Of a DNA stretch of 64,000 nucleotides, positions 26,543 through 34,728 are shown piece by piece. The stretch comes from Planctomycetota bacterium. GTDB lineage: Bacteria > Planctomycetota > PLA2 > JAEUHO01. Positions within the stretch are counted from its first letter, which is position 1; every line of letters starts with the position of its first letter. A model generated the notes under the pieces. The model searched no databases. It saw nothing but the letters and a program-made list of their open reading frames with translations, and was not told the DNA's origin. Position numbers and translations under genes: made by a program. The DNA is taken from positions 96,001-160,000 of the forward strand of contig CBDCTJ010000001.1 in assembly GCA_965222115.1 (NCBI GenBank), in the 5' to 3' direction.

Positions 26543-28044
26543 CGGTTCTCTCCTTCGCTCTTCGTCTCGGAGACGCCTTCGACATGTCGATGCGTGGTGA
26601 TGCCGAACTTCTTGCAGATCTCGTCGTGTGCGCCATCCGCTGTCCCACGATTGATTACGAGCGGCGGTGTATTGACGCCTTCAAATGCGATATGGATGAC
26701 GTCACCGCCGGCATCCACGAGGTGAACGAAATGAGCAAAGTCTTTGGGCTCTTTGCCATTCACCGTTGCCACGATGTCATTGCGATACGACTGGTAACGC
26801 GTGGTGCGATGCGGAAAGACTTTGCTGATCACGACGAGTTGTTCGCGCGTCTCCCCCTCTTTCGCCTCCAATCGGTAGTACTGATTGAAGTAATAACGCA
26901 GTTCGGTGCTGGCACCGGATTGAGAGAGATAGTTAGACGTGACGGGGCAGAACATGTAGCCCCCCCACACCATGAATTCCGGCTTCTTGAGGTATCGCGT
27001 GGCCGGCGTCATGCGCGCTTCCCAGGCCTTGAGCGTTACTGTGATCTCTTTGGGCTCTCCGCCGCGACGAATGTTGAGCTTCACGGTTTCGCCCACTTGC
27101 TTGTCTTCTACAACATGCGTGTACTCAAAGAAGTCGTCGTCGATCTCAATCGTTCCGTCGTTCTGAACCGGATGCCCGTCGATGGCCTGCAAAACATCGT
27201 TGCGCTGGACGTGACCGACGGCGCTTGCATAGGGCATGGCCTTCAAAATCAGCACGCCCGACTCGCCATCGGGGACGCCGAGATACTTACGCAGCGCGTC
27301 GTTCTCGAGTTTCTCGGTGTAAAGCCCAAGCTCCGGATACCCGTGATAGACGTTGTCCTCGACGTCGCGCAGAAAGTGGCGCACCACGGAAGGCGGAATC
27401 ATGTAGCCAATGCTCTGCGAAAAGAACTGCCCCTGAAACGCGACGCCCACGACCTTGTCGCCTTGAATCACGGGGCCGCCGCTGTTGCCGGGATTGATGG
27501 CCGCATCGATTTGAATCGCAAGGTGTTCATCGGCATTGGAGTGTACGTAGTTCTGCACTTCAATGCGCGACACCACGCCTTCGGTCATGCTCAACTTACT
27601 ACCGCCCGTGGGATACCCCACGGTGGCGACCGTAGATCGCATGGCCGGTCGATCACCAATCTCAAGGGGCTTCATGCCCTCGAAGAACGACTTGTCGTCG
27701 GTGGTGAGCATGGCGAGGTCGCAGTCGTTTCCAGCAAACAGCACGCGGGCTTGATAGCGCTTGGGTGAATCGGCGCGTTTGACCATCAAGTTGCGTGCGT
27801 CACTCACCACGTGGGCATTGCTCACTAGGCGATCACCGCCAATGAAAAACGCGCTACCGCCCGACATCGATGCGCGCGGGCGCTGCCAAGGACGCACGTA
27901 GTCTTCTGGCTGTGAGGTGGTAAACACCTGCACGACCGAGGCGCGCATGGCCTTGATATCAAGTTCCGGGCGCGTTGCCGTTTCGGCCCGAAGTGGTGTG
28001 GAAGTCGCGAACAGGCACGCGACGACGAAAAGAAAGATTCGCAT
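26539..28044 (-). CDS. Deg/HtrA-family serine protease with PDZ domains (plant Deg2/Deg9-like)
   Basis: Signal peptide; triad SNAHVV, CDLAML, DAAINPGNSGGP; SMTEGVVSRIEVQNYVH. Confidence 0.92.
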   Translation of the reverse strand: MRIFLFVVACLFATSTPLRAETATRPELDIKAMRASVVQVFTTSQPEDYVRPWQRPRASMSGGSAFFIGGDRLVSNAHVVSDARNLMVKRADSPKRYQARVLFAGNDCDLAMLTTDDKSFFEGMKPLEIGDRPAMRSTVATVGYPTGGSKLSMTEGVVSRIEVQNYVHSNADEHLAIQIDAAINPGNSGGPVIQGDKVVGVAFQGQFFSQSIGYMIPPSVVRHFLRDVEDNVYHGYPELGLYTEKLENDALRKYLGVPDGESGVLILKAMPYASAVGHVQRNDVLQAIDGHPVQNDGTIEIDDDFFEYTHVVEDKQVGETVKLNIRRGGEPKEITVTLKAWEARMTPATRYLKKPEFMVWGGYMFCPVTSNYLSQSGASTELRYYFNQYYRLEAKEGETREQLVVISKVFPHRTTRYQSYRNDIVATVNGKEPKDFAHFVHLVDAGGDVIHIAFEGVNTPPLVINRGTADGAHDEICKKFGITTHRHVEGVSETKSEGENR

Positions 28045-28094
28045 CGGCGAAGTGTACTCGCAGCCCATGCCAGCGGCGCTGCGGGAATGGGTTC

Positions 28095-28745
28095 CTATCC
28101 CAAATCGGGTGGTGGTTCATAGGGCGCCACGGCTCCTTCGGCCATTTCGTGCAGCTTCTTGCGGTGCGTGTCGATGAGGGCATCGGGTCGGCAGCTAAAG
28201 AGGCGACGGCCATCTAAGTCCAAGACCTCAAATCCCACGGTTTGCGTGTGATCCACCACCACTTGAAAATCCTCGGCACCGGCGTCGAGCAGCGCGCGAT
28301 AGACCAACGCTCGATCACGCTTGGCCACGCGCACTTCCGACGGTCGATCCATGGTGTTCGCAGCGAGCTTGGCGAAGTGAAACTCGATGGCACGTTCGTA
28401 TCGAGGCGAACCGGGCAACGCGTTGAGTGCCATACGCACGCGGGCTTCAAAGCGCTCAACCAACGAACCGCTACTCGTGGCCAAGACCGCGTTAACTTCA
28501 CGCTCTGCCGATCGCATGCAGGCCGCTTCCGCCGTGGCGCCGCGTTTCGATCCCTGTTCCCGCGCCGCCGCCGCGAGCGATTCCAACTCGTCCTCCGCCG
28601 CACGCACAACATCTCGTGCGCGATTCAATGCGCGGTCATGCACACGTCGGCAGGAAACCTTGGCGTCGGCCAACACGGTGTCGATCAATTTCTGAAACGG
28701 GTTGATCGCGCTAGCGGATGATGGGGACGATGGATCGTGCGTCAT
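28095..28745 (-). CDS. V/A-type ATPase subunit E-like protein (divergent)
   Basis: About 216 aa; N-terminal coiled coil (LIDTVLADAK...), C-terminal alpha/beta region with VRVAKRD and TVGFEVLDLDGRR; ATGA-coupled to the subunit I-like gene. Confidence 0.55.
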   Translation of the reverse strand: MTHDPSSPSSASAINPFQKLIDTVLADAKVSCRRVHDRALNRARDVVRAAEDELESLAAAAREQGSKRGATAEAACMRSAEREVNAVLATSSGSLVERFEARVRMALNALPGSPRYERAIEFHFAKLAANTMDRPSEVRVAKRDRALVYRALLDAGAEDFQVVVDHTQTVGFEVLDLDGRRLFSCRPDALIDTHRKKLHEMAEGAVAPYEPPPDLG

Positions 28746-30712
28746 GTCGTCTCCCTTCTGCTCGACGAAGAAGCATCCGTTGCGCACTGAAACGGTGAGA
28801 ACGGACGCGTGAGTCCACGCGTGCCGAAGGCCACGTCATACGGCAATCCCATCGCCACGTGCGCGGGATCGGCCACGCAAGCAACAAGGCCCACAAGCAC
28901 CGCGACCGGCGCAAGAATCCACGCCCACACACTACCTGAGGCCAATCCCGCAAATCCTTGGTCGGCAATCCATGCTGACAACGACACGACCGCAATGAGT
29001 CGAATCATCACTGTGGTTTCGAGCGTTAGGCGCATCAACGGATGTCGTCCGCGATCCAACCAAAGTAATACGGAGAGCGGTGCAACCAGCCAGGGGACGA
29101 CCCACCATGCTGTTTCGCTGCCAGACACTGTTTCGCTGCCAAACACAATGGCGGGCCACTGCCACACCATCCACCCCACACCGGCAACGGTTACGTATTC
29201 GAGTGCGGCGCGAAGTCGAGACGGTGCGGCACGCCCTTTTAGCAACGCAGCGAGTGCACAGGCGCCAGCCCACACGGCACATGCAAACGCAATCCAACCC
29301 ATGAAGAGACCGGTGCCTCTCACGATGTCGAGGTGCAATACGTCGCCCGGGGCGCTGCCGAGTGCGTGTCGTATGGCCGCCTCCGGTGCGGCACCCCAGG
29401 TTCCGTCAAGTAGTGCTTGCCCCGCTGGCCCCGCCACCCGTCCGAAGCACACGCCAAAGATTGTGGCAACCACTCCGGCGCTCAACGCCATCCACCCCAC
29501 ATCGCGACGTGGTGAACTTCGTCGTGCGGAAAACCAAAGTAGGGCGCCCAACGCCATCAACAGCACGCCCGCACCAACGTCGCTCCAGGCCGCGCCACAA
29601 GCCAGCGGCGCTGTGGTTGCCAAGGCCGCGGTCACCGAGTGCTGCCCCATGGCTCGCGGATGCAATCCAACCAACGCCGAAAGCGGCAACTCGGCGACGC
29701 GATGGACAACGGTGGGCGCGTCGGTGGATTCGTCGAGCGGACGCACAACAACGACGTCGCCATGTTCGTCATGGATCGCGCGACGAAGTGTTTCTTCTTC
29801 TTCCGCGGGTACAAAGACGCGCGCTGCAACGACGTGGCGCGTTGCGGCAAGTTTGTTGCGCGCGTTTCTTCGATCCTGGGCGTCCTGTAGCGTGCTCCAA
29901 AGCAGACGCCCGCGCTGCCCCACTTCCAACACCGTCGTAGCGAGTCCGGCACGCGCGTCGCGTTCCGCCGCGCGTGCCTCTTCGCGCATCGACTGAAAGC
30001 GCTCTCGTGCTGCTTGAAGGGGGACGCCCTTTGTGTCGGAAGGCAACGTAAGGCTTGTTGCACCGTACGCAACGGCCGCGCGGTCGGCTTTCTCGGGAAG
30101 TGCTGCACCGGATCGAACCACGACGGCATGACAGCGATGCCCCTCGGCACGTGCAACGAGCAGGCCGAGCCTGCGAAAGCGTTTGGCCAATGCGCGCGCC
30201 GCGCGACGACCGCCGCGAAGCACGAAAAAATGGCCGCCAACCGATGTTTCGCCGCTCTTTTCAAGGGCGCGAAATCCGGCGTAGAGCCCTTCGGCCGATT
30301 CCAACGACGCCTCGGCGGATTTGAGGGACTCGAGCGATGCGTGGAGTCGCTTGGCAATCGTTTCGGCTTCTTCTTGCTGGCTCAAGATGGCGGCGCGGTG
30401 CATATGCCCCGGGCCGAGTTCCCAGTGGATGGTTTGGGAACGAACGTGCAAGCCAGTGTCTTGCTTTAGCGTATGAGCCGGCGGGAGCACGCGCTCAACG
30501 CCCTGCAACCAGCGAAACGCTTCGCCTCGCAGGACATCGCTCTCGAGTTCATCGGTCGTGGGCGCGGGGCGCGCAATGCCCTCAACACCTTCCAAGCCAC
30601 GTATGGCGTCGGCTAGGTGACACACACCCGTGCCTTGAAGCGTTGCAATCCACCCGTCGAGTTCGTCGCGTGGCCCAAGAATCTCAAGATGCACAAGGTC
30701 TTTACTGCGCAT
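28742..30712 (-). CDS. V/A-type ATPase subunit I (a)-like protein (divergent)
   Basis: N-terminal LEILGP...LQGTGVCHL; FVPAEEE...DAPT hinge; GAAWSDVGAG; GVCFGRVAG; MIRLIAV; C-terminal RPFSPF. Confidence 0.72.
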   Translation of the reverse strand: MRSKDLVHLEILGPRDELDGWIATLQGTGVCHLADAIRGLEGVEGIARPAPTTDELESDVLRGEAFRWLQGVERVLPPAHTLKQDTGLHVRSQTIHWELGPGHMHRAAILSQQEEAETIAKRLHASLESLKSAEASLESAEGLYAGFRALEKSGETSVGGHFFVLRGGRRAARALAKRFRRLGLLVARAEGHRCHAVVVRSGAALPEKADRAAVAYGATSLTLPSDTKGVPLQAARERFQSMREEARAAERDARAGLATTVLEVGQRGRLLWSTLQDAQDRRNARNKLAATRHVVAARVFVPAEEEETLRRAIHDEHGDVVVVRPLDESTDAPTVVHRVAELPLSALVGLHPRAMGQHSVTAALATTAPLACGAAWSDVGAGVLLMALGALLWFSARRSSPRRDVGWMALSAGVVATIFGVCFGRVAGPAGQALLDGTWGAAPEAAIRHALGSAPGDVLHLDIVRGTGLFMGWIAFACAVWAGACALAALLKGRAAPSRLRAALEYVTVAGVGWMVWQWPAIVFGSETVSGSETAWWVVPWLVAPLSVLLWLDRGRHPLMRLTLETTVMIRLIAVVSLSAWIADQGFAGLASGSVWAWILAPVAVLVGLVACVADPAHVAMGLPYDVAFGTRGLTRPFSPFQCATDASSSSRRETT

Positions 30713-31064
30713 CGTGTTCGTCTTCCCCGCACAGGTAGCGCAGCGCATCGTCGACCAGCGCGGTCAACGTCGTTTCGCTGGTTTCGATCCACCGATCGAT
30801 GGACTCACGCGCATGCCGCACGCGCGACGCCGCACGTGCCTCGGCATCGGCCACCGCAAGCTGTTCAGCCGCACGTGCCGCTTCGTCTATCGTCCCCTGG
30901 CCGGCTTCTTGGATGCGAACGGCATCGGACTCGGCTTGCGTGACGCGCTCGGCCGCGTCGCGCTCGGCGTCTTCGATCTCGTCCCGCGCCCAATCTTCGA
31001 CCGCAAGAAAACTGGGCAACGCACTTCGGCCAGGAATCGGAGGCGGGAAGTCGGGACCATCCAT
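30702..31064 (-). CDS. V/A-type ATPase subunit G/H-like coiled-coil protein
   Basis: About 120 aa Ala/Glu/Arg coiled coil (VEDWARDEIEDAERDAAERVTQAE...LVDDALRYL) directly before the subunit I-like gene, the usual position of this subunit. Confidence 0.55.
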   Translation of the reverse strand: MDGPDFPPPIPGRSALPSFLAVEDWARDEIEDAERDAAERVTQAESDAVRIQEAGQGTIDEAARAAEQLAVADAEARAASRVRHARESIDRWIETSETTLTALVDDALRYLCGEDEHDAQ

Positions 31065-31115
31065 GGCCCGAGAATACGCGAAACCGCCCCCCGGCAAATC
31101 TTCCCCTGTGTGGCG

Positions 31116-32507
31116 CTATCTCAGGGGGACGTCTTGGAACCGCAATGTGATGGTGCCCTGATCTTCGTGCTCAAACCACGTGATCGCAACGGCCTTGGGA
31201 TCGCCTGTACCGAGTCGGTAGACGCGCGCCGGCATATGCAGCATGCCATCGGCGCTCACGCTCCGACCCCCCGTGACATACATGGGATGCCAGCGTCCGT
31301 CGGCCGCCTGAATCGCAATCGAGGCCGACTGCCTTGCAACGTCGCTCGGTAGATGGGCACGCGCCTCGGCCGTGTAGCTGCCGCGCGGACCTTGGCTCAC
31401 GGACTCAAGCGATCGCAGCTCAATGCGTTTTCCGCGTTTCGACGTGAGTCGCGCGCCTGATGCATCCTTGTGTGCCGGAAGAGTCTCGAAGTCATTGAAT
31501 GTGACGACGCGTTTGCCGTGACGCAAACGTAATGGAAACGCAAGCTCCAAGCTCGCGAGGGTCGATCCGCATTTGGCATGGTCTGCGCGCAGGGACACGT
31601 CGATCGTGCGACGAAACGTGCCCTGCGAAACGCCCATGACGCTGGAGCGGGTCTTCGCAATCGGTGACGAGAATGTGTTTCCCTGCTTGTCTTTGGCTTC
31701 CACAATGCGCGGTGGAGAAAACTGACGCAACGAAACGCTGGGCGCGAAATCGAGTTCGAGCTTGAGGGCGTAGAGCGGTAACGTCGGTGCACCGAAGCTC
31801 TTCGTGGAAGAGACCGACACAACGCGCGCGCGCAGGGGCCCCGTTGTAGCGGATGGAATGGGAGTTCCACCTTCGATGGCCGGCGGCATGGCACGAATCG
31901 AAACCATCCCCGCACGGGTGGGCGGACCCGCCACATCCAACTTGGTTGCTCGTAGCACCTCATCCAAGGCGGTGAAGTAGCTCACGTTTCGCACGTCAGC
32001 GGTCGCCGTCACGCCGCGAAGTGCTTCGGGCACATAGAACCTGCCGCCAACCATTCGCAACGCATCCGAAATCGGTGCCTTATCCAGGGTAAGCGTGACG
32101 TTGCCAATCGATGTGAAATCGTACTCGTCGGCGTCATCAACGACTTCGACGGTCGGATGTCCCGCAACCCGTAACTTCAATGACCGAATGGTTCGCCGCA
32201 CCTCGGCATCTTCATGCTTCACGGCCGCATCAAGGAGTCCCGCGCGCTCTAACTTGGACGCATTCGTACGCAACTTCGTGCGCGCAGCCTCTCGGGTCTC
32301 AAAGTCTTCTGACGTTAGATCGCGAATCCACTGCTGGAACTGAGACTTCAGGGCATCGTCTACCGAAGCACTTTCCTTCGCATGAAGCGACGACGTACAG
32401 AACATAGTGGTGCCAAGGAGAAGGCACAACCATACGATCCATGACCACGCAGAACGGGGGCGACGCAACGATGCGTGACCCTCAAACCGCGAAACAAGAT
32501 GCCGCAT
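31116..32507 (-). CDS. Secreted hypothetical protein with an N-terminal HEAT-like pair and beta-rich domains
   Basis: Signal peptide; LTSEDFETREAARTKL...DAEVRR; starts 3 bp after the EF-G stop. Confidence 0.65.
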   Translation of the reverse strand: MRHLVSRFEGHASLRRPRSAWSWIVWLCLLLGTTMFCTSSLHAKESASVDDALKSQFQQWIRDLTSEDFETREAARTKLRTNASKLERAGLLDAAVKHEDAEVRRTIRSLKLRVAGHPTVEVVDDADEYDFTSIGNVTLTLDKAPISDALRMVGGRFYVPEALRGVTATADVRNVSYFTALDEVLRATKLDVAGPPTRAGMVSIRAMPPAIEGGTPIPSATTGPLRARVVSVSSTKSFGAPTLPLYALKLELDFAPSVSLRQFSPPRIVEAKDKQGNTFSSPIAKTRSSVMGVSQGTFRRTIDVSLRADHAKCGSTLASLELAFPLRLRHGKRVVTFNDFETLPAHKDASGARLTSKRGKRIELRSLESVSQGPRGSYTAEARAHLPSDVARQSASIAIQAADGRWHPMYVTGGRSVSADGMLHMPARVYRLGTGDPKAVAITWFEHEDQGTITLRFQDVPLR

Positions 32508-32510
32508 GGA

Positions 32511-34541
32511 CTACGTCGCGACGCTTTCTTTCTTCCCGGCCGCGATAATCCCCTTGGCAACATGGGCGGGTACGACGTCGTAGTGATCCAGCGAGAATGT
32601 GTAGTCGCCCTCACCCGCCGTAATCGAACGCAACTCGGTGCTGTACTGCATGATTTCGGCAAGTGGCACCATGGCCTCGATCGTCGCAATGTCTCCTTCT
32701 TGCGACATGCTCGCGATGCGTCCGCGGCGGCTATTGAGATCGCCGGAAATGTCGCCCATGTAGCGCGCCGGAACCTCAATGGCCACTTTCATGATGGGTT
32801 CAAGCAACGCTGGCTTGGCGCCGGAGACCGCCTCACGAAATGCTGCGCCCCCCGCGAGCTTGAACGAAAACTCGTCGCTGTCCACATCATGGAACTTGCC
32901 AAAGAACACGGTGGCTTGCACATCAATAAACGGATAGCCCGCAATCACGCCTTTGGCACATGTCTCGACAATGCCCTTCTCGACGGCTGGGATGTACTGG
33001 CGCGGAATCGCGCCGCCCACGACCTCATCCACAAACTTGAATTTCTCGCCGCGCGGCAAAGGTTCGACTCGCAAATGGACCTCGGCAAACTGTCCACGTC
33101 CACCCGATTGCTTTTTGTGTCGGTAGCTCGCTTCGTTCTTTCCGGTAACCGTTTCGAAATAGGGCACCCGCGGTACGCGCGTGTTGGCTTCAACTTTTTT
33201 GCGCGCCAAGCGCTTGAGCATAATGTCGAGATGCAGCGTGCTAAGGCCGCGAATCACAAACTCGCCGGTGGCCTCTTCGCGCTCGGCAATGAACGTCATG
33301 TCAGCGTCGGCAAGCTTCTGCAGCTCAGGTGCAATCTTGGTCTCATCGGCGCGGTTCTTGGGTTCGACCGCCAACGTAACCTTGGGATAGGGCGTAAGCA
33401 TGGGTCCGAAGGTCCACGACGCATTGCCGTCATGAACGGTGTCACCGATCTGAATGTCGTCCACTTTGGCAACCGCCACCAAGTCGCCGTAGCCCGCAGA
33501 GGAAACCGCGGTCATGTCCTTGCCGTGCACGTTCAAAAGGTCGCCAATGCGCTCCGTTTTGCCGGTGCGTGTCACCACAAATTGCGACTTGGACGCAAGG
33601 GAACCACTCCAAACGCGCAAATACGCGACTTTCCCCACGTGTGGATCCACGTGAATCTTCCAGACTTGCGCCGAAAATGGGCCGTCGGCCTTCACCTCGA
33701 CGTCGTTGTCGCCATCGGTGGCCTTGCGAATCACGGTACCCGTGCGCTTCAGCGGCGGTGGGCAGTCGGCGACGATGAAATCCAGCAACTTCTTTTGTCC
33801 CACGTCCTTGTCGGAAGAGACGTGGAGGATCGGCACGATATTGCCTTGACGAAGCGCGCGCGGAAATACGTCGGCGAGTTCTTTCTTATCCACTTCGCCC
33901 GATTCGAAATAGCGCTCAAGCAACTCGTCGTCACACTCGACAACCCGGTCGGTTGTTTGCTGGGCAAAGTCGGCGGCCTGCGCCTTTAGATTGTCGGGCT
34001 GATCTTCGGCGAATACGTCATGAACGGATGAAGCGCTGCCGCCAAAAGCGTTGGGCAGGTTGAGAGGAACGGCGCGTTCACCCAACGCCTCTTGAATGCC
34101 TGCATACAACGTATCGGGGTCAATGTTCTCCCCCTCCACGCGATTGATGACGATGAAACACGCTAGCCCTTGGTCACGCGCCGCACGAAACAGACGGCGC
34201 GTCGCCACCGCTACACCATCATGAGCATTTACTACGAGCAGCGCGGTCTCGGCAGCGGCCATGGCACTAATCGCTTCACCGGCAAAGTCGAGCGCCCCGG
34301 GCGTGTCGATGAATCGTAGGTTGTGGCCGTTCCACTCAAGGTTGACGGGCGTGGCGAGCAAACTCTGCTCGCGCTCCTTCTCGTCGTCGTCCCAGTCGGT
34401 AACGGTGTTCTTTTCCTGGATCGTTCCCCGTCGCGTGGTGACCTTGGCTTTGTGGAGCAGCGCTTCGACCAATGTTGTCTTTCCCGCACCGCCCGCTCCG
34501 ATGACAACGACGTTACGTATTTGTTCGGGGTGATGAGCCAT
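32511..34541 (-). CDS. fusA: Elongation factor G, divergent EF-G2-type paralog
   Basis: GAGGAGKTTL, FIDTPG, HKKQSGGRGQFAEV, FHDVDS, LLEPIM, GDLNSRRGRI; GGAG RBS. Confidence 0.93.
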   Translation of the reverse strand: MAHHPEQIRNVVVIGAGGAGKTTLVEALLHKAKVTTRRGTIQEKNTVTDWDDDEKEREQSLLATPVNLEWNGHNLRFIDTPGALDFAGEAISAMAAAETALLVVNAHDGVAVATRRLFRAARDQGLACFIVINRVEGENIDPDTLYAGIQEALGERAVPLNLPNAFGGSASSVHDVFAEDQPDNLKAQAADFAQQTTDRVVECDDELLERYFESGEVDKKELADVFPRALRQGNIVPILHVSSDKDVGQKKLLDFIVADCPPPLKRTGTVIRKATDGDNDVEVKADGPFSAQVWKIHVDPHVGKVAYLRVWSGSLASKSQFVVTRTGKTERIGDLLNVHGKDMTAVSSAGYGDLVAVAKVDDIQIGDTVHDGNASWTFGPMLTPYPKVTLAVEPKNRADETKIAPELQKLADADMTFIAEREEATGEFVIRGLSTLHLDIMLKRLARKKVEANTRVPRVPYFETVTGKNEASYRHKKQSGGRGQFAEVHLRVEPLPRGEKFKFVDEVVGGAIPRQYIPAVEKGIVETCAKGVIAGYPFIDVQATVFFGKFHDVDSDEFSFKLAGGAAFREAVSGAKPALLEPIMKVAIEVPARYMGDISGDLNSRRGRIASMSQEGDIATIEAMVPLAEIMQYSTELRSITAGEGDYTFSLDHYDVVPAHVAKGIIAAGKKESVAT

Positions 34542-34728
34542 GTGTGTCTCCCGGGCCGCGATTGGGTAGGACTTGGATACCCCACGGGGGGGTAGCGGTC
34601 AATCCAAGCACGCTCGCTTTGTGACCTAGCGGTCAGAACATGAATCCTGTGCGCCGCCAATTCCGTCTCTACACTCACATGGCGAGGCAAGGCGCCCCGC
34701 TTGTTCATCCACAGGCCCTGAGACGTTC

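Noticed and set aside
26521-27768. 415-aa plus-strand ORF
   Set aside because: Antisense to the clearly conserved Deg protease.
28809-29996. 395-aa Ala/Thr/Pro-rich plus-strand ORF
   Set aside because: Composition is the reverse-complement image of the hydrophobic subunit I-like gene.
32475-33989. 504-aa plus-strand ORF
   Set aside because: Antisense shadow of EF-G.
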